A stretch of 64,000 bases of DNA from positions 62,498,878 through 62,562,877 of the forward strand of contig NC_068984.1 of assembly GCF_001194135.2 (NCBI RefSeq), read 5' to 3'. Below, one piece after another: positions 27,706 to 38,742 of the stretch. The position numbers and the translations under genes were made by a program. The notes beneath the pieces are model-generated. The model saw only the letters and a program-made list of their open reading frames with translations. It did not search any database and had not been told where the DNA came from. Each line of letters begins with the position of its first letter. Position 1 is the stretch's first letter. This DNA is from Octopus bimaculoides (lineage: Eukaryota).

Positions 27706-27759
27706 CTAAATAACAAAAGCTCACACAAGATCCTTCTTGTGTGAGCTTTTGTTATTTAG
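27706..27759. repeat. Perfect 25-bp inverted repeat with a 4-nt loop
   Basis: CTAAATAACAAAAGCTCACACAAGA-TCCT-TCTTGTGTGAGCTTTTGTTATTTAG. Confidence 0.95.
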
Positions 27760-27897
27760 CACTACAATCAACTTGCTAGAAATAACAGCCAAATTTTCTT
27801 TCCATTACTTCATACCGTATTAAATTAAGAAGTTAAGGGACGAAATATTTTGTTGACACGCACTTATATCTATATACATATATTCATTGACATGCAT

Positions 27898-27973
<76 letters not shown>

Positions 27974-28362
27974 TACATGAGCAAGGAGAAAATGTATCAC
28001 AGAATCAAAATTCCATCGCTGAAATTCAGAGAACATTAGTAGTAACGAACTAGATGTTGAATTTCGAGAATGAAATCGTAGATCGTCTGGTAGCTTGTCA
28101 CTTTCCTAATTGCAAAACCCATAGATTTTCCGATATTGCAGCTTGGATACCCAGTTGCATTAAGTATAATGTGTGTGGAGAAGTTGTAGTTCTTTTGAAG
28201 CAACAGTAAATAATAATTCTCTTTCTCACTAACTCTGGATAAAATGTTCATTTTCACTGAATCATTGATCTCATAAACAAAACAAATGATTTTAACAGTC
28301 CCACATCTTTCCGGAAGCTCGTTGTCACACGTCCATGCTATTTGGTATTCACTGCGGAATTC

Positions 28363-28431
<69 letters not shown>

Positions 28432-28433
<2 letters not shown>

Positions 28434-28640
28434 TTACGCATTAGCGAAGGTGGAGATACGGTTTCAGTCGTGTTTGTTTGTTAGTGTGACCGTGGACAAG
28501 ATATCGCAAGAACCGCTGGATGGATTTGGATGAGACTTTCAGAGATATTTGACCTCCTGACTGGCACGAACTGATTAGATTTTGGGATCGAACCGGTACC
28601 GGACAAGGATTCTGGATTATTTTTTATATTTACTTTACAT
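28432..28640 (+). mobile_element. 5' part of a Helentron-associated (HINE/DINE-1-like) non-autonomous element
   Basis: Degenerate 5' palindrome followed by a (GTTT)n microsatellite. The body GGGATCGA..GTACC.GACAAGGATTCTGGATTATTTTT is shared with 30121-30160. Confidence 0.5.
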
Positions 28641-28675
28641 GATTATGATTTTACGTTAACTTTCAAGCCTTCCTC

Positions 28676-29008
28676 AGTTACCTCCCTTTATCTAGAAATA
28701 ATGGTAATTAAAAAGAACACCGCCATTACCACAGATATATATTACAAACACACAGACACACACCAATACTTGAACCTTAAATCGTGCCATCCACCCCATA
28801 CAAAACGCAACATACTATACTGCCTAGCCAGGAGAATATGTACTATTGTAGAGGATATAGAGACCAGAAATCAACGCCTGATGGAACTGAAAGAATTTCT
28901 GCTGAAGCAAAAATACCCATCACGACTCATAGAAAATGGTATTCAGCGGGCTTCGAAAATACCCATACAACAACTGAGGACACCGCAAAGAAAAGACAAA
29001 CAGGAAAA
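28676..29008 (+). mobile_element. Penelope-like reverse transcriptase thumb-region fragment, cut by a gap
   Basis: TTDIYYKHTDTHQYLNLKSCHPPHTKRNILYCLARRICTIVE..RLMELKEFLLKQKYPSRLIENGI; probably the same type as 8991-9545. Confidence 0.85.
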
Positions 29009-29803
29009 NNNNNNNNNNNNNNNNNNNNNNNNNNNNNNNNNNNNNNNNNNNNNNNNNNNNNNNNNNNNNNNNNNNNNNNNNNNNNNNNNNNNNNNNNNNN
29101 NNNNNNNNNNNNNNNNNNNNNNNNNNNNNNNNNNNNNNNNNNNNNNNNNNNNNNNNNNNNNNNNNNNNNNNNNNNNNNNNNNNNNNNNNNNNNNNNNNNN
29201 NNNNNNNNNNNNNNNNNNNNNNNNNNNNNNNNNNNNNNNNNNNNNNNNNNNNNNNNNNNNNNNNNNNNNNNNNNNNNNNNNNNNNNNNNNNNNNNNNNNN
29301 NNNNNNNNNNNNNNNNNNNNNNNNNNNNNNNNNNNNNNNNNNNNNNNNNNNNNNNNNNNNNNNNNNNNNNNNNNNNNNNNNNNNNNNNNNNNNNNNNNNN
29401 NNNNNNNNNNNNNNNNNNNNNNNNNNNNNNNNNNNNNNNNNNNNNNNNNNNNNNNNNNNNNNNNNNNNNNNNNNNNNNNNNNNNNNNNNNNNNNNNNNNN
29501 NNNNNNNNNNNNNNNNNNNNNNNNNNNNNNNNNNNNNNNNNNNNNNNNNNNNNNNNNNNNNNNNNNNNNNNNNNNNNNNNNNNNNNNNNNNNNNNNNNNN
29601 NNNNNNNNNNNNNNNNNNNNNNNNNNNNNNNNNNNNNNNNNNNNNNNNNNNNNNNNNNNNNNNNNNNNNNNNNNNNNNNNNNNNNNNNNNNNNNNNNNNN
29701 NNNNNNNNNNNNNNNNNNNNNNNNNNNNNNNNNNNNNNNNNNNNNNNNNNNNNNNNNNNNNNNNNNNNNNNNNNNNNNNNNNNNNNNNNNNNNNNNNNNN
29801 NNN

Positions 29804-29840
<37 letters not shown>

Positions 29841-29997
29841 TATGCATACATATTAACACTTTACAGTATACTTAGATATGTACATACATCTATACATCGA
29901 TCTAAGAGAACAGGAATACTACAGGGAGGCTGGAATTTAAGAGAAGAGAAAACCAAACGGTCTCATGCTATTGATTTTAAAATTCCTGAGTAGAACT

Positions 29998-30320
29998 TAT
30001 TATTACCTCCACCTTTGAAACTATTTTGAATGGTGAATTTGCCATGTACTAGATAAGGATAAACTTTTTATTGCTGTTATTGAATTTTCTACAGCCACCT
30101 TCACATTCCATGACTACCATTGGGATCGATCAAGTACCAGACAAGGATTCTGGATTATTTTTTCCTTATTTTTTTTACTTAATTTTTGAGAGTGGTCGGG
30201 TTCGTTTGTGAGAACAGTCGAGTTTATTTCATATATCCTCATTTTAAAAATTATCCCTGGCTAATCGTTGAGAGGACGTTGGTGTTGCCTTGGCGGAGGT
30301 TAGCGCTCTCTGAGTGCCCT
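29998..30320 (+). mobile_element. HINE/DINE-1-like element with subterminal inverted repeats and a 3' stem-loop
   Basis: 5' ACCTCCACC (about 30005) pairs with 3' GGCGGAGGT (30292-30300). The terminal hairpin GCGCTC-TCT-GAGTGC is at 30303-30317. Both ends are T-rich. Confidence 0.6.
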
Positions 30321-30330
30321 TATTATTATT

Positions 30331-30850
30331 AAGGCGGCGTGTTTTAGCACGCCAGGCGAAATGCTTAGCGGTATTTCGTCTGTCTTTCCGTTCTGAGTTC
30401 AAATTCAGCCGAGGTCGACTTTACTTTTCATCCTTTCGGGGTCGATAAATTAAGTATCATTTGCGTACTGGGATCGATCTAATCAACTGGCCCATCCCAT
30501 CAAATTTCAGTAGATCAATTTCATCAAATTGTGCCCATAGTAGAAAGGATTATTATTATTATTATTAAGGCAGTGAGCTGGCAGAATCGTTAGGACACTG
30601 GACGAAATGCTTTGCAGCATTTGGTCCGTCGCTACGTTCTGAGTTCAAATTACGCCCTAGCCGACTTTGCCTTTCATCCTTTCGTTGTCCATAAAATAAG
30701 TACCAATTGAATAATGGAGTCGATGTAATCGACTCATCCCTTCCCCAAAATGATACTTTTGTATCATCCTTTCGGGGCCAATAAAATAAATAGCAGTCTA
30801 TGTAATTGACAGATCCTCTGCCCAAAATTTCAGACCCTGTATATTGTTTT
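30331..30850 (+). mobile_element. Two tandem SINE copies (family B), each preceded by (TTA)n
   Basis: Both contain GAAATGCTT..GTTCTGAGTTCAAATT..CGACTTT.CTTTCATCCTTTCG..ATAAA.TAAGTA. The second copy has an internal duplication. Other copies or fragments lie at about 18.8, 32.2, 34.2, 35.4, 35.7, 40.7, 49.45 and 62.0 kb. Confidence 0.8.
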
Positions 30851-33800
30851 AGAATCAACATCATAATGTATCGGAAGATATTAATCATATTGAAAATCTG
30901 TGAAGGAAGCTTTTGATCACGTGGACAATACTATTCCATGCTATGCATCTTGATTTCCAGTATGATACTGAAGACAGCTGTCTAAATTCTTCAATAAGAC
31001 AATAATAGCCGTTAGCAGCATTTGGATTTGTACACTTATAACGTGATGTAAAAATTACCAGTATAAAGGCGACTACACTTCCTATGAAAATTAGAGTATC
31101 ATTTATGTCTGAGAATAATATACCAATACTTAGATTTTGCTGTATGTGTTGTGCTCTGCTATAGATATTCGTTGCAGTACGTAAATTCAGTAGATTTGTT
31201 AGTTACCTCGTAGGTCTTTGCTAATTAAATGCTTCTTGTGTTGTTCATCATTTTCCCATATCGCGTTATTGTCTCGAAAATTGAGTACTGGTTAATGTGT
31301 GTTTTTGTGTCTATTAATTAGTATATGAAGTCTGAGCGATTCCACTTCCTGGGCTGATCATAAAGTAATTCCTCACATTTTGTTAGAGCATTACGATATC
31401 ACTATATATTTGAAAACTTTCATATGGCATCATGCTCTGTTATGTTTTAGTATTCATTTAACAGTTTAACAGCCCACTTAAGAGCTAAAATATATAACGG
31501 TACCGCATATGTATTGAGTGTTGTACTTTTGCAAGAAGACAGTTTCCATTGGCCTAATACTCTATTATCTTTTAAGAGATGGCACCTTTATATGACACCA
31601 TTTGAAGCTATGTATTTGAAATTCTCATTGTGGCGACGAAAATTATACATCTAAATTCGGTGCAAAGTTCGTCGTTAGAGAAGCACATTTCTGTCTTCAG
31701 TTATTTAGTTTGAACATCTCCTCAGACAAAATAACATTTATTCATCAGCTGAAATTTTTATTAACTCTCAGAATTATAAATATTACGAATGTAGATAACT
31801 AAATCATCGAATCCCAGCTGCGACATTTTCAATCTGATATCACTCTTGAGAAAATCTTCAAATGAGAATCTACACCAAGAGAGGAAACTAAACATAAGTT
31901 TATATTATTTTTCTTGGATTCAATAGACGATGTTGTTTCTCTGTGAAGAAGCCTCACGAAACATTTAGATATAATTAACTGCATTCGATGCAAATCAACC
32001 TTGAATGAACAGTAAAATTTACTTGTTTTTCTGAAGAGGGCATATTTTGCCTATTTTAAAGTACAGATGGATGTTAAAGATTAGTGCCATGTTGTGGTGT
32101 AAAACTAGACGACGTATTAAGTCCCAGGTAGGACACGGTGGTATTTAGATTTAGAATGCAAGCAGCCTGAAGCAATTCACAAAGTATATGACCTTACACG
32201 CTAACGATTTCACCAGTCCACAATTATATACTGCTATATTATTTATCGGCCACGGAAGGTTGCAAAAAAGTTGACCTCGATTGGACTTGAAGTCAGAAAT
32301 CGAAGAGTCAAACTAAATGCCGTAAAGGATTTTGTCTGATGCTTTTAGGATTCTATAAAGCGTTGAGTCACAGATGATAGAGGAGATACATTTACGTTTG
32401 TTCACATGTTCCAAACGTCTGTGTGTCCTATGAAAACCGAATAACATCACAAGATTTGAAACTACAATTTCTCTCTATGACATATATTTTCTGGGCAACA
32501 AATGAATCTTGTATAAGTTGTTTAATAGTGATGTAGTTTGCATTTAAATGGATTTCATTTTGGTATCTATAAATTACATGCTCGAACTAAATGTGAATGA
32601 CACCAATTGCAAACTTCATGGTATTACCGTGTTCTAGAGGAGCACAAAAAGTAGTAGATACAGTTAGATGCCATCTTCGGTTAATCATCGTATTTGACAT
32701 CTCAGAATTTGTTGGTCCTAGGAACACTGTTAACCAACCTTTAAATTCCAATGATTATCTTGACAAACTATAAAATTTGCTTGCTCTTCTTAATATTGAT
32801 GACGTGAAACCACATCAAAAATATTATTTTGAAAAAAAATTGAGCTGACAGTAAAAGTGATTTATCTTTAAAAAGCAAGGCTACATTCACTTTGTTCAAT
32901 TTATTGACATTTGAGCTGGTTTTGATCTTCTTGCAAAATAAAAAGAAACCTAGAGCAAACGTGTAATAATGTTCTTATTTAGGTGTATAATTCTTCACAA
33001 TTGAGTAATGGTATTTGAGATTTTAGTACTTGTAGAAAGCTTTCACTACCTTACTTTGTGACATCCTCTTATGTTTTTGTTTTCATCTTGCAAACTACAT
33101 CAACGTGTGCGTTAGCGAGAATTGCTATTTATTCCGGGAGATGTAGGCGACTTACACAGCATAGAGAGTCTGAACGAAAAGGTTATTTAGCTTGAACAAC
33201 GAGAGCGAGATGCTGAGTTTATGACGTCTAAATTTATAAGTTTGTTAAATAATTAAAATCAGTAAGGTTTTGTCCGAGCACATAAACATTTAGCAGCTTA
33301 TATCATATCTTTGCCGATTGCTTTTTTTAAAAGTACTAATGAATTATAAATAGAGATGATATTGGAAGTTGGCATTGATATTTGTACTTTATGCAAAAAT
33401 AATTTGGGAAATTCGCTTGGCATTATTTTGAATATTCCTACAATTTAAACACTAACAGGTTTCCGTGATACTCTGATATCAACAAGTTAATGAATTGGGC
33501 ATTTCCTTTGTGAGCTTCCGTTTGTGTCTAACCGATGGCAAAAGCCTAGGTGGTAGGATTTTGTGTCTTTTGAGTAATAAACATTGCACACCGGAATGTG
33601 CATTCTTTTGCTTCAAGTATTTTCTCTGCTTTTGCTGTCCTTGTAAGTTCTGATGCTTTATCAACACAGCAAAAGATTGCAAAATAAAGTGTGTTGTCTA
33701 TCAACTGTATATTTAACCAGTTGCTTTTGAAACACCTGATGCCTATGACGTTTTAACATAGACCTTTTTGTGTGATGTTGGCTGAAAAAGTATTGCAACA

Positions 33801-35224
33801 GTTCAATAACATGGCTCTGTGAAAAATATCTCCCTAACCATCATAGGAAACAGCCCATGCATTATTTTCTAGTGGGCTGCTTTTGTTAGAATCTACATAG
33901 TTTTCAAGCAAGCTGTCATTAGTACATAGCCATCAGCTTAATGTAAGGCATTGCAATTCAGCAATCCAGCTTATATACTATATACTACTACAACTGGAAA
34001 ATACTGTTCATTAACAAAGTTTCATATAGAAAATAGAATGATTTTTCACAAGCTATCTGACTGCACCAAAATTAATCAGGAACTAATTGAGGACTATGTG
34101 AATTGACTACATACGCCATTATAAATTTAGTGGCCCAAATTCAGCGAGCTAACAGAATCTTTAAGACGACGGAAGACGATATGTGTATCGGCGCTTTACG
34201 TCCTCTAATCAAATTCAGTCGAGATCATCTTTGCCGTTCATCCTTTAGAGTGTCGGCAAAATGAAGTACCAAGAAAATACTCGGATTGATGGTATCAACT
34301 AACATTCTTCTCTGAGAACTGCTGGTTATATGTCTAAATTAGGAACCATACCTAGTGACATTGTTATGTTGATGGTAATTTGTTATCAGTAGAATCAATA
34401 CGAAAATGAACACGTCGAGAATATTTTTTATTTAAAATCGTGTGAATGACTAAAGTTTGAAGTAATTGATGTTTATTATTATATATACCATTGCAAAAAT
34501 GATACGGATCTAAGCTGAATTGGATTGTCATATCTGTCTAGGGAGAATATTGAAATAGACATTTTGAACGCTGTAAACCTTCCTATGCATATTGCTGGCG
34601 GCTTCATCTTTCATGTATGCCCGAATGATTGTATGTATTCATAGATTATTTGGCAGATACTTGTAAATAGACTGACATATATATAATTTGACTGGCCGAT
34701 TGATACATACAAAACTGTGATGTATTGCTTACTCATTAAATCAGGACAGGGGAAATAATTACAAAAAAGTATTACTCAATAATGCCCATAAAAACAACTT
34801 AATCAAGATGAAAATAGGATTCAATAAATTTCCCACCAACCTACTCCTCACTCTAAGTTTTAATTGCGTTCTCTTTTCATTGCTTCTCTCTTTAGTTTAG
34901 TAGTTAAACATTGAAATTTCCAATACTATTTCATTTTCCAGTTCAATGAGCTGCACTATCAAATTGTTCTTTGTTTGCATGCTCACGGGTGTATATCTCA
35001 GATTATATGCCATTGCAACATTCAGTTCACTAAAGGTCACTTAGTTTTCATGTTGCTGTTGCCTCTGTTTTATTGTAGTTGCTCTGCTGGGCTGTTAACT
35101 ATGGTGGCGATAGCATTGAGACATATTTATTATTATGACAATCATTATTCATAACAAACTGTTTTTTCATTTCATTACTACTTTCTATGAACCATCCGTC
35201 TTTTCGTTCTCTCTCTCTCTCTCC

Positions 35225-35258
<34 letters not shown>

Positions 35259-36169
35259 GCCTTCTATTATCACCGACAATGTTATTATACTCTAGTCATA
35301 ATTATCAACATCACTAGCACACCTACTGCACTTCCTCTGTCCGCTAATACTAATTCAATGCTATTTCTAATAATGATAACAATTGTTGCTGAATTAGGCA
35401 CAAGAGCGGAAATTTACGGGAAGACTTAAGTCGATAAATTCGAGTCCGCTACTTGACTGCTACTTCATTATTACCAGACTTACAAGGATGAAGGCACTCT
35501 TGACCTCGACGAGATTTCAAGCAAAACGGCAAAAAGTTGGAACAAATATGCAAATATCCGACATTATAACAGTTCTACTAATCCATCACCCTCAAACAAT
35601 TACTAATTCATGTAACACCCTCATATAATTTTTAATTTATGCAAAAGGCCAAGCATTTGGAAGGAGGAGTCAGTCTATTGCATCAACCGCAGTACTTGAT
35701 CGATATTTTATTTTAGCGATCCAGAAAGAATGATAGGCCATATTGACAACGGTAATGATTAAACTGAGGACCTTACTTAAGTAAATACTACAATAGAATT
35801 CCTTAACTAATGATAATAACAAAAGGCCTTGGAACATTCCAAAGGTTATACGCTGTTCTAATCTAGGGTAGATATCTGGAGCCTTTGCATGTTTGTCTTG
35901 ATATACGACCACTCCAGGTTGCGCGATAGTTTGAAACATATGTTTACAATGACAGCCGACATAAATGTTTTGCTGATTTTCCACATAATCTTGATATTTC
36001 TGCTTAATGCAGCTTAATTATAAGATTTTTCTACATGCTTATTCATTAAGTTTTACAGAAGCAATTACATCTTTTAGCTGTAGTAAAATATTCTTATGTT
36101 AGGCGTATAATGGTATCTAGAATTCCAATCATTTTTGACTGTCAGAATATGAAAAAATGCAATAGGATT

Positions 36170-37030
36170 TTTTATTCACCACGTTCATTTAGATGCTTAT
36201 CCGATACATGATCATACCGCTCATTTGAAGTGGCATATCCATTTTTTTGTAGAATGTGTCCAGGGTAAATTGAAATAAGCCTAATGCATTCCTTCCTGTC
36301 AAACGTATTAAAACGTGCTACAGTATGATCAATATTCTCTACCGAAAGTTTACATACCCAATATTTATTTGTTAAAACTACGTAAGAGGTAAATATCCTT
36401 ACTCACTGCATTAGCATTTAGTGTCACGTCTCTCTCTGGTGCCATTCCCAATATGAGTTATGTTATTCCCATTTTTGGCATATCTGTGAAATCTTCCATA
36501 TAACGGCATTTTCCCTATAACTTCCTTTCTGTAACAAATTATGTTTTTGATATACTGTTTTGTTCATGTTCAACACAAATTACCCATACTTCCTTTACAG
36601 CACTTTTAATTAATTCTTCTCTTTTACAAATTAGTTGCTTAAAGAACTTTTTCACCCATTAACGCAGTCTGAAATGTTGATTATTCCTCATCCTTAAGCA
36701 TTCCTTTCATATATGAAACAACTGTCATTTGCCTTTAGATGAAGCACATATTGCATAGTTAGGTCTTTTCTTGATTTTAATCTCAAATGAATCTATTTCC
36801 TCTTATGACTCATTCACTATACCGCATGACGGTAAATACCAACTTTCTGATCGCGTTTATCGGATTCCTTCAAATAAGTTTGGGCTGCAATATAGGCTTT
36901 AACCTTTTCAAATAAAATGCTTTCCATTTTCCTAGATTTTACTATGCATGATGTCTTCGAGTTCCAGTATGCTTATTCCCATTGTTTCCAGCTTTGAAGA
37001 TCTGTTATCCCAATAAAAATATTTCATTAC
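36170..37030 (-). mobile_element. Degraded R4/Dong-type (RLE) non-LTR retrotransposon, post-RT region
   Basis: Minus strand: LELEDIMHSKI, VKPILQPKL, RKDLTMQYVLHLKA (resembles RKxLTMxxxLHPKAD), GIINISDCV, KMPLYGRF, ENIDH. Confidence 0.55.
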
Positions 37031-37107
37031 CATAGGTTGCCTTCAATCACGTTTTCATTAAATTACAAACATCAATATTTATTTATAATTAAAGTATATC
37101 TATTACG

Positions 37108-37255
37108 CATTATTTACATTATTTAGAATTGACGGATATTTGTCCTCATCTTGTTTGTTGTCAACACAACGTTTCGGCTGATATACCCTCCAGCCTTCAT
37201 TAGGTATCTTGGGGAAATTTCGAAACTAGGCTCTCATTCCGAATGCATTTTTCGA

Positions 37256-37286
<31 letters not shown>

Positions 37287-37425
37287 CTTCTTCTTCTTCT
37301 TCTTCTTCTTCTTCTTCTTCTTCTTCTTCTTCTTCTTCTTCTTCTTCTTCTTCTTCTTCTTCTTCTTCTCTTTCAGGTCACTGCCTGGAATCGAACTCGG
37401 AATCTCTTAACCACAACGCCATATG
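37108..37425 (-). mobile_element. SINE-like element: tRNA-like head + (AAG)n(AAC)n + body containing a hammerhead-like motif
   Basis: Minus strand: A-box-like TGGCGTTGTGG and B-box-like AGTTCGATTCC (anticodon region deleted), the microsatellite, then a body that is colinear with 37445-37620 and 63803-63925. Confidence 0.75.
37163..37208 (-). ncRNA. Minimal type-I hammerhead ribozyme motif (G5->A lesion in this copy)
   Basis: GATAC-CTAATGA-A-GGCTG[GAGGGTATAT]CAGCC-GAAAC-GTT-GTGTT. Stem I GAUAC/GUGUU pairs fully (two G-U), stem II is a perfect 5 bp, and the ACGU palindrome replaces helix III. Confidence 0.65.
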
Positions 37426-37620
37426 ATAATAATGATAATAATAATAACATCGAAAAATACCTTAGGAATGAGAACCCAGGTTCGAAATTTCTCCAAGACA
37501 CCTGATGAAGTCTGGAGGGTATATCAGCCGAAACGTGTTAACAACAATCAAAATGAGGACAAATATCCGTCAATTGTAAATAATGTACATAATTCCTCAT
37601 CTCTTAAATATAGAACTGTA
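37426..37620 (+). mobile_element. Headless second copy of the same element, inverted and abutting the first
   Basis: (AAT)n, then AACATCGAAAAATACCTTAGGAATGAGAACCCAGGTTCGAAATTTC..GACAC-CTGATGA-A-GTCTG..CAGCC-GAAACGTGTT. The CTGATGA core is intact at 37502-37508; there is a 3-nt deletion at the cleavage site. Confidence 0.8.
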
Positions 37621-38353
37621 TATCTAATACAGCGTCACCTTTTTTTTCCGCTTTAGCTTGATGTTTTCCAATATATTTATAACTTAATGGCCGTATTCGT
37701 CCGGAATTATCTATAATTTTGTTATAAATGCTAAAATACCGCGCCTTTCCTTCAAAATCTTTATGAATGCTTAATTTTCATATTTTTGAACCATTTGATT
37801 ATGTTTCTAACATACGTAGTATTGTAAGTCCCAACATTATCACTTATATTGCTCGCATCTTCCATTTCGATATAATCTTTATTCCTTTCCATACATTCCC
37901 AAGCTGTTTAAATCAAATTCTTAAACGTCTACTATATCTGAGTTCACGCTTTACTAAACACCCCATAGTCTCTTCCACATTAAGTTTACTCATACACTTT
38001 CTGTTACAATTGTGTTAGCCAATCTCTTTGGAAACCTGGCTGCTTTTTACATTAGTAAATATATCTATTTATTCCAGTACGAAACCACCTCCAGTGGATT
38101 TTTTTTTAATCAATACAAAATATTTAGGTGGGCTACTAACCAAGGCTAAAGCGGTCCTCCATCCTATGAAGCAGTCTTACACCCACTGCTTGCTAAGCTG
38201 GCACTTCATTCACTGGGAGCGTTTATTATTGCGAGTATTCTCATTTTCACTATTATAACTGTCGTCTTTAATACTAATAATTGCTAATCATCCAACAAAA
38301 ATAGGAGAAATGCAGTATGTCAGGCACTTATGAAGATATACTCATATTCTCAC

Positions 38354-38742
38354 GTTGTTGTTGTTGGCACTCCGTCGCTTACGACGTCGAGGGTTCCAGT
38401 TGATCCTATCAACGGATTAGCCTGCTCGTGAAATTAACGTGCAAGTGGCTGAGCACTCCACAGACACGTGTACCTTTAACGTAGTTCTCGGGGATATTCA
38501 GCGTGACACAGTGTGACAAGGCTGACCCTTTGAATTACAGGCACAACAGAAACAGGAAGAAAGAGTGAGAGAAAGTTGTGGTGAAAGAGTACAGCAGGGT
38601 TCACCACCATCCCCTGCCGAAGCCTCGTGGAGCTTTAGGTATTTCCGCTCAATAAACACTCACAACGTCCGGTCTGGGAATCGAAACCGCGATCCTATGA
38701 CCGCGAGTTTGCTGCCCTAACCACTGGGCCATTGCGCTTCCA
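38354..38742 (-). mobile_element. Young, near-complete tRNA-derived SINE (family C) with (CAA)n tail
   Basis: Minus-strand head GGAAGCGCAATGGCCCAGTGGTTAGGGCAGC..GGTTTCGATTCCCAGACC (A- and B-box-like). The 3' region is shared with the degraded related copy at about 41765-41970. Confidence 0.85.
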
